NCBI GenBank assembly: GCA_036918135.1
Contig: JBALDB010000065.1
Location: 32,001-96,000 of the forward strand
Length of the DNA stretch: 64,000 bases
From: Nostoc sp.
Lineage (GTDB): Bacteria; Cyanobacteriota; Cyanobacteriia; Cyanobacteriales; Nostocaceae
Direction: 5' to 3'
Numbering within the stretch: the first letter of the stretch is position 1; the number at the start of each line of letters is the position of its first letter. This document shows, piece by piece, positions 7,734-17,820 of this stretch. Both the position numbers and the translations under genes were made by a program. The notes under the pieces were generated by a model that saw only the letters and a list, made by a program, of their open reading frames with translations, was not told where the DNA came from and made no database searches.

Positions 7734-8474
7734 TTAAGAAGTAAGAACAGGAACAAATTCAAATTTTTCAATTTGTGATTTCAACCAAACAGTAAATAAG
7801 TCAGTAAGAATTTGACGAGCTAGCTTATTATCTAACTCTGGTTGAATAATTTCTTCAACTAATATTAAATGTATTCCCTTAGAAGTAACTATTGGCTTGA
7901 GAAGTTGAGGAGGTTTAGCAGCAAAGACAGCAGCAGAAATTTCTGGTTTCAATTCTTTACGATACAATTTACCCCGATAACCTAATTTTTGGCGTAATTC
8001 TTTGTCTTCAATGTAATTGTGAGCAACCTCATAAAAACTCATCTCACCTTCCTGGATGGCATAAAACAGTTCTAGAGACAAATCTTCATCATCTAAAACA
8101 ACTTCATAGATTAAGACTGTAGCATAATCTAATTGATGTTCAAAAAAATATTGTTCAACTTTATCCCCAAACAGATAAGCAGCTAATTTTCCGGAGATCA
8201 CAGTGTTATAGACTAATTCTTCAAAATTATCGAGAGATAGGCTATGTTTTTCTAACCACGCCCAAGTATCATCAGCATTATTGAGTTTTTGAGCTAGTCT
8301 TATTTGGTCTGCTGTTTGTTGAAGTTCTTCAGTTTCTACTTTTATACCTGCTTTCTCTACCGCATTTTTGATAACTTGAAGAGTAATAATGTCTTCAATT
8401 ATTTCAGGAATTTTACAGGATAATTTAACTTGATTAAGAATATCTTCAGTAGTAATAGTAATAGTTTGTGACAT
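7734..8474 (-). CDS. PpiC-like peptidylprolyl isomerase associated with type I secretion
   Basis: SFYEVAHNY, LKPEISAAVFAAKPPQLLKPIVTSKGIHLILVEE; downstream of HlyD. Confidence 0.8.
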   Translation of the reverse strand: MSQTITITTEDILNQVKLSCKIPEIIEDIITLQVIKNAVEKAGIKVETEELQQTADQIRLAQKLNNADDTWAWLEKHSLSLDNFEELVYNTVISGKLAAYLFGDKVEQYFFEHQLDYATVLIYEVVLDDEDLSLELFYAIQEGEMSFYEVAHNYIEDKELRQKLGYRGKLYRKELKPEISAAVFAAKPPQLLKPIVTSKGIHLILVEEIIQPELDNKLARQILTDLFTVWLKSQIEKFEFVPVLTS

Positions 8475-8632
8475 AAGATTTTCCTCAATAAATAAAAAAA
8501 TTCAAATTTAACAAGAAAGAATAACTGATTGATTCTAAATTCTGTATTCTTCTTCAAATATTTCTTTGCTGTTATAGCTTTACTCAGCAAGAGACTAGAC
8601 GTGCAAGTGTAAAAGGCGCAATAATAATTTTT

Positions 8633-10159
8633 TTACAATTTCACACCTCCCTGCTGCAATTTCTTAAAGGGATCGAGTAGAAAATCAATAATTCGCCGCT
8701 GGCGTACAATCACCTCAGCTGTTGCTGTATCCCCAGGACGCAAGGCAATACATTTATTTGCAGAGGGAATACAATTCTGTTTTAGGGAAATATCCAAGTT
8801 ATAAGCTGCCACTTTTCCATTAGGAGTATCAATTTCTGTAGTAGTAGGGGAAATTTTAATTAACTCACCTGGTACAACTCCATAATCTTGAAATGGATAA
8901 GCATCAAATTTCAGTTTTACTGGTAATCCTGTCCGCAAAGAACCACTTTCTGTAGTTGCCATTTGTGCCCGAATGATTAAAGGCGAATTCAGAGAGGCAA
9001 TTTCTGCTACCATTGTCCCTGGCTGGACTACAGAACCAGCTTTTTCAATTGGCAAATGAAATAGTGTGCCACTACTGGTAGCTCTGATTTCTCGTTGTCC
9101 TAACTGAAATCTTAATGACAAAATTTGTCGTTTATTTTGAGCGATTTCTGATTGTAATGAAGTAATATCTGTTTCTAAACTTTTTTGTTGTTCTGCTATT
9201 TTTAGCACGGCTAGCTGATTAGAACGAGTTAAAGTTTCATAACTTCTTTGCTGTTCTTTTAGTCGCAATCTAGCTTGTTCGATATCTGCATTCGTTTGGC
9301 GAATACTCCGCTCGTAACTACTCTTTTGCTCTGCCAAAGTTAATTTAGCTTGTTCAATATCTGACTTACTTTGTTCGTATAATTTTTGTTTTTCTTTAGC
9401 TATGTCTTCCTTTTCTACAACATTAATTTCTGGAACAACTCCTTCTTGTTTTAGCTTGCTATAGCGTTCAACTTCTCGCTGAGTACTTATCAAACTACTC
9501 TCGACTATCTTACTACTAGTTCGACTATGTTCAAGAGTTTTATGTGCCTGATTAACTTGAGCTAATTTTTCTTCTTTTTGTAATTCATAAGCGTTCTTTA
9601 AAGTATCTAAATTCTGCTGTGCTTGGTCAATTTGTGTCTGCTTTTCTAATTGTTGAGATTGATTTTGTTGCTGTTGAGTTGCTAAAGATACAAATAATTG
9701 ATTTTTAGAGGCATTTAATTGAGCGAGTCGATTTAATTGTCCCTCTAATTTATCCTGTGCTTGCTGCAAATCTGCTTTGACTAATTCCGATTCTAATACC
9801 AATAGGGTTTGCCCTGCCTTTACTGTGTCACCTTCCTTAACTCGAATTTGGGCAACAGTTCCCGCCACAGCAGCATCGAGCTTAATTGTCTTTTCTTGAG
9901 GCTCAGTTTGTCCTCTAGCTGTACCAGTTTCATCGACCTTAAATAGCATTGCCCAAGGTAAGACTATAGACACAAATATAACTAAAAAATATAATAATCC
10001 TCTTGTCCAAACTTGGGGAAAGCTATCAAGTGATTCTTTGGTAATCTCAGACCAATCATCAGTTGATTTTGCCGGAATTTCTGGAGCTAGAGTTTCTTGC
10101 TCAAATATTTCTTCTGATACTAAGTTAGTCACTCGTCCATTCAATATAGTATCTGGCAT
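8633..10159 (-). CDS. HlyD-family membrane fusion protein
   Basis: N-terminal TM, VKEGDTVKAGQTL, long coiled coil, KFDAYPFQDYG, LRPGDTATAEV. Confidence 0.93.
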   Translation of the reverse strand: MPDTILNGRVTNLVSEEIFEQETLAPEIPAKSTDDWSEITKESLDSFPQVWTRGLLYFLVIFVSIVLPWAMLFKVDETGTARGQTEPQEKTIKLDAAVAGTVAQIRVKEGDTVKAGQTLLVLESELVKADLQQAQDKLEGQLNRLAQLNASKNQLFVSLATQQQQNQSQQLEKQTQIDQAQQNLDTLKNAYELQKEEKLAQVNQAHKTLEHSRTSSKIVESSLISTQREVERYSKLKQEGVVPEINVVEKEDIAKEKQKLYEQSKSDIEQAKLTLAEQKSSYERSIRQTNADIEQARLRLKEQQRSYETLTRSNQLAVLKIAEQQKSLETDITSLQSEIAQNKRQILSLRFQLGQREIRATSSGTLFHLPIEKAGSVVQPGTMVAEIASLNSPLIIRAQMATTESGSLRTGLPVKLKFDAYPFQDYGVVPGELIKISPTTTEIDTPNGKVAAYNLDISLKQNCIPSANKCIALRPGDTATAEVIVRQRRIIDFLLDPFKKLQQGGVKL

Positions 10160-10233
10160 AATTGTTCTTGATACAGATTTTAAAAGGTGGATAATATATT
10201 AACCATTAATTATAATTTTTAGATTTTCATAGT

Positions 10234-12957
10234 TTACACTGCTACTTGTAACTGTTGTTGATTGAGATAGAAATAATGTCCTCGCTTCGCCATCAATTCT
10301 TCATGATTTCCACTCTCAATTAATACACCCTTGTCTAGTACCAAAATCAAATCGGCATTTCGGATCGTAGAAAGACGATGGGCAATTACTAAAGTGGTTC
10401 TTCCCCGAAGAATTGTGTTGAAATTTTGTTGGATAATTCTCTCGGATTCGGTATCTAGATGGGAAGTTGCTTCATCTAAAACTAATAATTGAGGATTACC
10501 TAATAAAGCTCTAGCAATAGCTATCCTTTGTCTTTGTCCGCCAGATAATAATCCCCCACCTTCACCAATTTGGGTTTCATACCCCATCGGTAATTTTTTA
10601 ATAAATTCATCAGCACCCGCTAGTTTTGCTGCTTGAATTACCTCTTCTAAAGCTGCCCCAGGATGTCCTAAGCTAATATTTTCTCGAATTGTGCCGCCAA
10701 ACAAAAAGGTATCTTGATCGACTACCCCAACTTGCTGGCGTAAGGAACTTAAGGAAATGCTGGTAATATCTTGTCCATCAATCAAAATTTTGCCATCTGT
10801 GGCAGGATACAACCCTAAAACCAATTTAGAAATAGTAGTTTTCCCAGAACCACTACGTCCCACCAGTGCCACCATTTGCCCTGGTTTAACTTCAAAACAG
10901 AGATTTTCTAAAATATTCATCTCACTTTCTGGATGATAGCGAAAGGTCACTTTTTCAAAGCGAATATTACCTTGAATTTTTGGTAAATTTTGCCGTGGTT
11001 GGTGATGTAAATCTTCTTCTGGTTCTGCATCTAATACATCATTAATACGTTCCATCGCTATCACGACTTCTTGGAATTGATTCCATAATACAGTTAAGCG
11101 TTGAAAGGGCGTAATAATATTGCCTAGCAACATATTAAATGCCACTAGTTGTCCAATAGTTAATTGGTCGTGTATTACTTGGTATGCGCCGAACCATAGC
11201 AAAGCAGTGGTAATCAGTGCTTGAATTGTGTTACTGAAGATTTGCAGACGATTGCTAATAACTTGTCCAGAAAAATTAGTTTTTACTTCTTTATTTAATA
11301 ATTCCTCCCAATGCCAACGCACTGTTTGTTCCACTGCTGTAGCTTTGACTGTCCGCACACCAGTTAGGGCTTCAATTAGGTAACTACCTTCTTTGGCAAC
11401 ACCATTAAATATTTCTCTAGAAATTCTTTGTAAAAAAGGTGTGGCAATCAACGCCAGCAAGGCAAAAGGCGGGATAATTAATAATATTAGTAGTGCCATT
11501 TTCCAGCTATACCAAAACATTAATCCCACATAAATAAAGACGGTGAGTAAATCTAGGAGGATAGATAATGCTTCACCAGAAAGGAAGCGTTGAATTTTGC
11601 GATTTTCTTGAACGCGAGAGATAATATCTCCAACATAACGCGACTCAAAGAAACTCAAAGGTAGCCGTAGGGTATGGCGAATAAATCCGACAATTAGTGC
11701 CAAGTCTATGCGATTGGCTGTGTGGTCTAGGAGATATTGCCGCAACCCTGTCATCGCTACCCGAAACAGGTTAAACAGCAGCAACCCTATGCCTACGGCT
11801 GTCAAGGTGAGTTCCGATCGCTGCACTACTACCCGGTCTAAAATTAACTGGGTGAATAAGGGGGTCACAAGTCCAAATATCTGGATAAATACTGAAGCAA
11901 TAAATACTTCCAGCATCACTAAAGCGTGAGGCTTCATCAACTCAAAGAATTGCCAAAAGGGTGTAGAACTCTCTTGAGTCTCTTTAAGCATGGCTGTCGG
12001 TTGCAGCAGCAATGCATAACCAGTCCAATTAGCTTTAAATTCGGGGTGGCTAAGGGTGCGTTGACCGATCGCCGGGTCGGCTACAATTACATATTTAGGG
12101 GTAACCTCGTAGACAACAATGTAATGCTTGCCTTCCCAATGTGCAATGGCTGGCAAGCTTTGTTTTGCCAATTGCTTCAAACCAGCTTTTACAGGTCGTG
12201 TGGCAAAGCCGAGACTTTCGGCTGCTGTCAATAATCCCCGCAAAGATGCGCCATTACGGTCTACATTGGCAATATCCCGTAAGCGATTGACACTAAAGCG
12301 TTTCCCCCAATAGCGAGACACCATTACTAAACAAGCTGCACCGCAGTCTGATGCACTCTGTTGAGCAAAAAACGGATAGCGCCGCGTCACTCGTTGCCAT
12401 AAATGCCCAACTTGCTGAGTGGGATTGGGAAAATAGGCTTTGCTTATCTTCTTCCCACGCGGCAAATCCGCTGGCTGTAACGAAATATCTGTTTGATAAA
12501 CCGTACTTGACTCAACTGCGTTCGCAGCAGAGTTAGCTGATTCTTCTTGGGGAGTCAGGGCTATTGCCCTAGCCCACAAATTTTCCCGAATTTGAGGATA
12601 TTTAGCCATCAATGAGGACAACACCTGACTCGGAATAAAGCATAGTTGCAAATTTACCGAAGCCCTAGCACTATAGGGCGGAAATTTGGCATCTGGGAAC
12701 AAGGTACATTCCCCAAATGAGTGTCCCGTCTCTACAGTAGCGATTAACTCATCGGCACTATCGAGCAATCTTACCTTGCCAGCGATCGCAATATATATAC
12801 CTGGTTCAGCATCAGTTGCTTGCCAAAACTTACCGACTTTGGGATTACTTTCTTTAAATTGTGGAAAATATTGTTGATATTCCTCTGTTGGAATAGAATA
12901 CCCCAGGATATTGTTGAGCTGTTGGAGAGACAACTGATTCGATAGATTGTGTACCAT
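10234..12957 (-). CDS. Peptidase-containing ABC transporter (cNMP-binding-like + C39 + TM + ATPase)
   Basis: QQSASDCGAACL, WEGKHYIVV...VADP (Cys/His/Asp intact), GRSGSGKT, LSGGQRQR, LDEATS; ATG 12957 preferred as start. Confidence 0.93.
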   Translation of the reverse strand: MVHNLSNQLSLQQLNNILGYSIPTEEYQQYFPQFKESNPKVGKFWQATDAEPGIYIAIAGKVRLLDSADELIATVETGHSFGECTLFPDAKFPPYSARASVNLQLCFIPSQVLSSLMAKYPQIRENLWARAIALTPQEESANSAANAVESSTVYQTDISLQPADLPRGKKISKAYFPNPTQQVGHLWQRVTRRYPFFAQQSASDCGAACLVMVSRYWGKRFSVNRLRDIANVDRNGASLRGLLTAAESLGFATRPVKAGLKQLAKQSLPAIAHWEGKHYIVVYEVTPKYVIVADPAIGQRTLSHPEFKANWTGYALLLQPTAMLKETQESSTPFWQFFELMKPHALVMLEVFIASVFIQIFGLVTPLFTQLILDRVVVQRSELTLTAVGIGLLLFNLFRVAMTGLRQYLLDHTANRIDLALIVGFIRHTLRLPLSFFESRYVGDIISRVQENRKIQRFLSGEALSILLDLLTVFIYVGLMFWYSWKMALLILLIIPPFALLALIATPFLQRISREIFNGVAKEGSYLIEALTGVRTVKATAVEQTVRWHWEELLNKEVKTNFSGQVISNRLQIFSNTIQALITTALLWFGAYQVIHDQLTIGQLVAFNMLLGNIITPFQRLTVLWNQFQEVVIAMERINDVLDAEPEEDLHHQPRQNLPKIQGNIRFEKVTFRYHPESEMNILENLCFEVKPGQMVALVGRSGSGKTTISKLVLGLYPATDGKILIDGQDITSISLSSLRQQVGVVDQDTFLFGGTIRENISLGHPGAALEEVIQAAKLAGADEFIKKLPMGYETQIGEGGGLLSGGQRQRIAIARALLGNPQLLVLDEATSHLDTESERIIQQNFNTILRGRTTLVIAHRLSTIRNADLILVLDKGVLIESGNHEELMAKRGHYFYLNQQQLQVAV

Positions 12958-13570
12958 AAATCTCTGATTTGGTGAAGTTTGTGAAGTTAATAGGTAATAA
13001 TTCCGAATTATCCGGAATATTTGCCGATTTAAGGTCACTAATCAATATTTTGGAACTCGTAGCCTGTTCATTACTATTTGCTTGAGGATTGTTAGCTTTT
13101 GGTCGTGTAGATAATCCCATCTGTTTGAGTAGTCGCTTGAGATGGCGATCGCTTACCTCAACTCCAAATTCTTTTGCCAGGTGTTTCCCTAACCAATTTG
13201 CTGTCCACCGCCGAAAAGAATAGCCATGATCGCGGGGACTACTATTAACCAATTCTTTTAAACGTTCCAAATACTCGTCATTCACTGCCTTGGGACGACC
13301 AATAGGACAATCTTGCCATTGATGCGCCATCCCCATCTTGGCTATGTGCGTCCAATGCCTTGCTGTTGCTGGACAACACCCTAAAATTTGACAAATCTGG
13401 GTTTGAGTTTTTCCCTCATCTGCCAACAACATGATTTCAATACGTTGTTGGTAAGACTCCGGTAAACTTTTCTCTAAATTTACTAACAGTAATTTTCGTT
13501 GGAATGATGTTAAATATTTACTGCTAGTTTCATTTGTATATTTTTCAAGTTTCGTTTCACAGTCAGACAT
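12854..13570 (-). CDS. Helix-turn-helix protein with IS630-like HTH/winged-helix domains, no DDE domain
   Basis: GKTQTQICQILGCCPATARHW, GRPK, SPRDHGYSFRRWTANWLGKHL...LLKQMGLS; low-complexity tail. Confidence 0.75.
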   Translation of the reverse strand: MSDCETKLEKYTNETSSKYLTSFQRKLLLVNLEKSLPESYQQRIEIMLLADEGKTQTQICQILGCCPATARHWTHIAKMGMAHQWQDCPIGRPKAVNDEYLERLKELVNSSPRDHGYSFRRWTANWLGKHLAKEFGVEVSDRHLKRLLKQMGLSTRPKANNPQANSNEQATSSKILISDLKSANIPDNSELLPINFTNFTKSEIYGTQSIESVVSPTAQQYPGVFYSNRGISTIFSTI

Positions 13571-14057
13571 ATACGTAAAATCACTCGGTTTATAGACACA
13601 CGAATACCTTATGCTTGATGCATATCTTGGCAGTCAAGAAAAATTACGAAAGGTGATTTACCTTCTATTTGTAATACTTATCACTGTTTTTTTTTCTTTT
13701 ATGCAAGAAATTTAATATAATTCAGTGATATTTATGACAACAAAGTTTGGTTGTTGCTTTTTAAAGGCTAGATTAAGCTACAAATCATATTTATAAATTC
13801 CGAAAATAGCCGCTCAACTTTAATAAACTTTTTGTAAAGATAAATAAAATTCTGGTGAACAAAGAAAAAAGGAGTTGTGGCGGGATTGCTTGTTAGCACG
13901 GATGAAAATCCCTTTGAGAGCAGTTTTCAATCCAATACTCAAACAGTCGCTTTTAATTTTCTTGAGGAATGCCAATTCCCCTGTCTTGAACTCCCAAAAC
14001 TAGCGCTTTTTTTTGCCTAATTATTTCAAAGCGCACCATACCGCCGATAATAAATAC

Positions 14058-14257
14058 TTAAGTAGGTCGGCGTAAATATTTATAGTTGGAATTGGGCAGG
14101 AGATAGGTGGTCACTGAGCGTAGTCCTTGGCGCAGCCTCTCGTAGAGAAGTGAGGCAGTGTTTCGACTAAGCTCAACAACCAGGCGTGAGGGAAGAGGGT
14201 TTAAGCCTATTTAATTTTTCTTAACATAGTTTTATTTTTTTATACCGTTCTGCTTAA
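14058..14257. mobile_element. Degenerate MITE-like element
   Basis: Imperfect terminal inverted repeats ttaagtaggtcggcgtaaa / tttataccgttctgcttaa. Confidence 0.4.
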
Positions 14258-14356
14258 TAGCATTGTTAAGTAAATTGGCCAAAATGTGCTGCAACAAACT
14301 TTCATCTCATAGTTATTCGCTTAATTGCTCAAAACTAGATTTAAGGCTGTTTATAC

Positions 14357-14400
14357 CTCGGTGATTTGATATGCAGGCGATCGCATTTCAAATCACCGAG
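14357..14400. terminator. Strong hairpin downstream of DUF4058 gene
   Basis: ctcggtgatttga...tcaaatcaccgag perfect 13-bp inverted repeat with a HIP1 site near the centre. Confidence 0.55.
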
Positions 14401-14494
14401 TATGCCAACACGTTATCAATCAATGTCTATAAAAATGACTAAGAACAGCCTTCTCCTAACAAAAACGCTGCACAAACATTAGTCACAGTGTAAT

Positions 14495-15292
14495 TTAAAT
14501 ATGTAACAGTTTAGTCCTTAACCCTTTTTCACGTAAAAGTGTATCAGACCATAGGGCATCTTCTGGTTTTAAGGCTGGTATTGGTTCTTGATTATAATCA
14601 ATCGCTAAATAATATCTGGCACGATTATATATACCATTAAATAAAAATTGCAAATCTAAAATTGGTTCTTTATCTTCTGACTGCAAAGGTAATGGAAATA
14701 CAGGAATTGCTTCTCTGATACTAAAACCGTATAATTTAGCCTGAGGACGTGTAATACTTCTACTAACAATAATTTGATAATCTGTCACCGCAAATTCTCC
14801 TAAAACTAACATTGGTTTTCCACTTCTAAGAAAATCAATTTCAACCAAGTTAGAAAGACTAGCTAAAACTTGTTTGCGTTTGAGTTCATAGGCTTTTCTC
14901 CCTTCACCAGGACGTTTATTTTTAGGAGATAAAACTTCGATGCAAGTAACTACAAAACCTGTAGAAACTTCTCTAATTTCTAAATAATTTTCTGTAATAT
15001 GTTCTGGTAATGGTATCATAACTGTAACACCATCTGAAATTGATGTTTCGCTAGTAGCTGCTGAATCTTGCTGAGATGATTGTTTAGTAAAAACGGAAAC
15101 ATCAGGTATACCAACTAGTACAGAATCGGATTCATCACTTAAATAAGTACGTTGTTCAATTGCAACTCGATATTCTGGCGGAATATTTTCTTCAATACTA
15201 TCTGCTATGGCTGTAATCAATCGATGATGCACTTCTGCCCAAAACACAGGATTTTCTAAATAAGGATTCATTCCGGGAAACGGAGAATTCAT
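14495..15292 (-). CDS. DUF4058 family protein (PD-(D/E)xK-like)
   Basis: MNSPFPGMNPYLE, IPDVSV, IEVLSPKNKRPGEGR, NLVEIDFLRSG. Confidence 0.88.
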   Translation of the reverse strand: MNSPFPGMNPYLENPVFWAEVHHRLITAIADSIEENIPPEYRVAIEQRTYLSDESDSVLVGIPDVSVFTKQSSQQDSAATSETSISDGVTVMIPLPEHITENYLEIREVSTGFVVTCIEVLSPKNKRPGEGRKAYELKRKQVLASLSNLVEIDFLRSGKPMLVLGEFAVTDYQIIVSRSITRPQAKLYGFSIREAIPVFPLPLQSEDKEPILDLQFLFNGIYNRARYYLAIDYNQEPIPALKPEDALWSDTLLREKGLRTKLLHI

Positions 15293-15371
15293 AGCTTTAC
15301 TCTGGTGAATTAGGAATTGGGAAGTGGGGTAATTTTAAAAAAGTTAGTATTTAGTAACTATTTCAATTAAG

Positions 15372-16919
15372 CTAAATCCAAGAGTTAAACCACATCCGCA
15401 GTTTATAATCGTGAGGGGAGAGGGGTAAACCTAAATAAACGGGCATCCAGAAAATAAAAGCAACTAAGATGATAAAAGTGATGGTGACACCTAAAGCCCG
15501 GAGTTGTTGATAATAACTGCGAAGACACTGGTCAACAAACCAAGCGATCGCTATAAATACAAATATCACTGCACACATGTAATGGTAGATAAAAACGCAT
15601 CTTGTCACCTTTACCCAAGGTAATAGATTAGCGGCATAATTGATGGTTATATACAAAGCAATCCAAGTATCAACACCAATGGTTGCAGGTATAGAAAAAC
15701 GCTTTTCCTTCACGCAAGGAATCACAACTTGCGACACTAACATCCCAACTAAAAACAACATGGCAGCCATACCAAACCACCATAAAAATGGATTGCCCAT
15801 TGCATGAACATCATAAATAACTTGTCCAGCACCAGCAGGTAAAGGCGGCCCCATAACAGGTATTGGTTCGTTGATACTTTCAGCCGTTTGATAATAATAT
15901 GCCATCGGTCGAGTCATCAAAGGCCATTTGTACCAAGCAGCACAATAAGGATGCACGTCCGAACTATTACCACCTAAATGCAAGTGAAACTTCAAAATTT
16001 GCTGATGTACTGCGATAAATCCGTATCTTTTATCTAATTGAAGGTGAGGAATCCAGATAATACTATAGATAAAAGCTGGAATTATTCCCAGAAAAAAGAA
16101 CATCTGGAAAACATTTAATTGAGTTAGGTTTTGTAATGGTGTCTGGGATGAGGAGATGGGGAGATCGGGAGATGACGAAAAATAAGTATTAACTCCTACC
16201 TTCTGTGGTAGAGTTGCACTCTCCTGCTCCTCTGTCTTCCTCTTTGAGGAAGATTTAAAAAGAAGTTTTGGGTTAGGGAAAGAATGCATTCCCTGAATTA
16301 ACCATGCTGTTATCCAAATGAGATAAGCACCTAAAAGAAACCATAAACCATTCCATTTAGTAGCAACTGAGGCACCAAAATTAATGCCAGCAAGAACTAA
16401 CCAAAATGAACGTCGGCGATTTTGGTTATCCAATGCTAATAATAAAAACCACTGTCCTAATAAACCAAAGATAACAATATAAATATTACTTAAAGCATAG
16501 CGAGATTCAACAAGAAATAAGCCATCACAAGCTGTGAACAAACCTGCAAGTAAAGCAAAGCTGTGACGATAACTTAATTGATAAGCGATCGCAGCCACAA
16601 CTACAGGAACAAATGAGCCAGTCAGCGCATTGAACCAACGATAAGTCCAAGGCGATCGCATTGAACCCGTCAGCCCATTTACCGTATCGTGCCAAAAAGG
16701 AATGTGACTGCCAATCCAAATGCCGATACCAATCATATATTGACTCAGCGGTGGATGAGCATTAAAAAATGGCGTATGCGTCAGATAATTATTACCAAAT
16801 TTGGCAAAATAAACTTCATCAAATACCAAGGTGTTGAATCGCTCCAGTCCCCAAAACCGTAAGGCAAGTGAGAAGATAAATATACCGGCTATTCCAATTC
16901 GGAACCATTTTTTAGTCAT
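15372..16919 (-). CDS. Phospholipid-carrier-dependent protein O-mannosyltransferase (PMT/GT39-like)
   Basis: LVFDEVYF, HPPL, ATKWNG, HPYCAAWYKWP, MGNPFLWW, FIYHY. Confidence 0.88.
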   Translation of the reverse strand: MTKKWFRIGIAGIFIFSLALRFWGLERFNTLVFDEVYFAKFGNNYLTHTPFFNAHPPLSQYMIGIGIWIGSHIPFWHDTVNGLTGSMRSPWTYRWFNALTGSFVPVVVAAIAYQLSYRHSFALLAGLFTACDGLFLVESRYALSNIYIVIFGLLGQWFLLLALDNQNRRRSFWLVLAGINFGASVATKWNGLWFLLGAYLIWITAWLIQGMHSFPNPKLLFKSSSKRKTEEQESATLPQKVGVNTYFSSSPDLPISSSQTPLQNLTQLNVFQMFFFLGIIPAFIYSIIWIPHLQLDKRYGFIAVHQQILKFHLHLGGNSSDVHPYCAAWYKWPLMTRPMAYYYQTAESINEPIPVMGPPLPAGAGQVIYDVHAMGNPFLWWFGMAAMLFLVGMLVSQVVIPCVKEKRFSIPATIGVDTWIALYITINYAANLLPWVKVTRCVFIYHYMCAVIFVFIAIAWFVDQCLRSYYQQLRALGVTITFIILVAFIFWMPVYLGLPLSPHDYKLRMWFNSWI

Positions 16920-16964
16920 TTGTCATTTGTCATTTGTCATTGATCATTAGTCATTAGTCATTGT
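16913..16964. repeat. STRR 7-bp tandem repeat (GTCATTT/GTCATTA)
   Basis: About 7 copies between and overlapping the GNAT stop and PMT start. Confidence 0.85.
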
Positions 16965-17540
16965 CTCCCCATCTCCCATTACCCCATCTCTCCACTCCCT
17001 ACCTTCAGATGCATTCTGTTCAAATAGGAGCAATTCAATACCGTAATACTTCTTTGTCTGCCCCACTGGCTTCATACCTAGTCTTTGAGTCACACGGATT
17101 GAGGCATGATTTTCTGGCTTGACTACTGCATAAATCACTGGCAAATTCAATACATTAAATCCGTAGTCGAGCATACCTCGTCCTGCTTCGGTTGCATACC
17201 CTTTACCCCAAGATGCTTGCCGCAAGTGCCAGCCGACTTCATAATCTTGAGTGGGTAAGCCGTCTTTGTCGGGCAGTTGTTTGAGAAGAATAGTTCCGAC
17301 AATTGTTGTGGTTTCCTTTTCGATCATTGCCCAAGATCCGGTACCATTGTTGCGTCGGCGCGATCGCTCGATGTTTTCCTCCAAGCGCTGACGCTGTGAC
17401 TCAATACTCGTCACACGAGAACCATTACCAAGAAAATAGGTAACTTTGGGGTCACTGTAAATATCAAACGCTTGTTCGGCATCGCGTTCGGGTATCCAAG
17501 TGCGAATTGTTAAGCGATCGGTTTCTAATAGGTTTGTCAT
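16947..17540 (-). CDS. GNAT (RimJ/RimL-type) N-acetyltransferase
   Basis: LETDRLTIR, EVGWHL, WGKGYATEA, NHASIRVTQRLGM. Confidence 0.9.
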   Translation of the reverse strand: MTNLLETDRLTIRTWIPERDAEQAFDIYSDPKVTYFLGNGSRVTSIESQRQRLEENIERSRRRNNGTGSWAMIEKETTTIVGTILLKQLPDKDGLPTQDYEVGWHLRQASWGKGYATEAGRGMLDYGFNVLNLPVIYAVVKPENHASIRVTQRLGMKPVGQTKKYYGIELLLFEQNASEGREWRDGVMGDGETMTND

Positions 17541-17580
17541 TTTACCTTTGACTAAACAAAGTTGCTATTTTGCCAGATAA

Positions 17581-17741
17581 TTAAGAGGATGTTTGAAAAG
17601 TAGTGGCTGAGGTAGCTAAAACTTTAGATGCCCCCTACCCCTCTGCTTGAAAAGGAAAACTTAAAAAAGGTTATTTTTCTATTTTTAAGGCTTGTTCGGG
17701 GGGTTATCGATACAACAATAAACTTTACAAACATCCTTTAA
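17581..17741. mobile_element. MITE-like element
   Basis: TIRs agaggatgtttgaaaagt / actttacaaacatccttt (16/18 match). Confidence 0.65.
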
Positions 17742-17820
17742 GATAGTTATGGTTGAGCAGTCAAAAGCAATAGACACAATTACACAAACATAATACATTA
17801 TTGCTGGTTATTGGATTTGG

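Noticed and set aside
12958..13038. Longer start for the ABC transporter
   Set aside because: Non-ATG start that deepens the overlap with the HTH gene; ATG 12957 is more plausible
12854..13570. Active IS630 element
   Set aside because: No DDE domain or terminal inverted repeats seen
16947..17540. GNAT as the N-capping enzyme of the RiPP
   Set aside because: Separated from the cluster by unrelated genes and apparently operonic with the PMT; no supporting evidence
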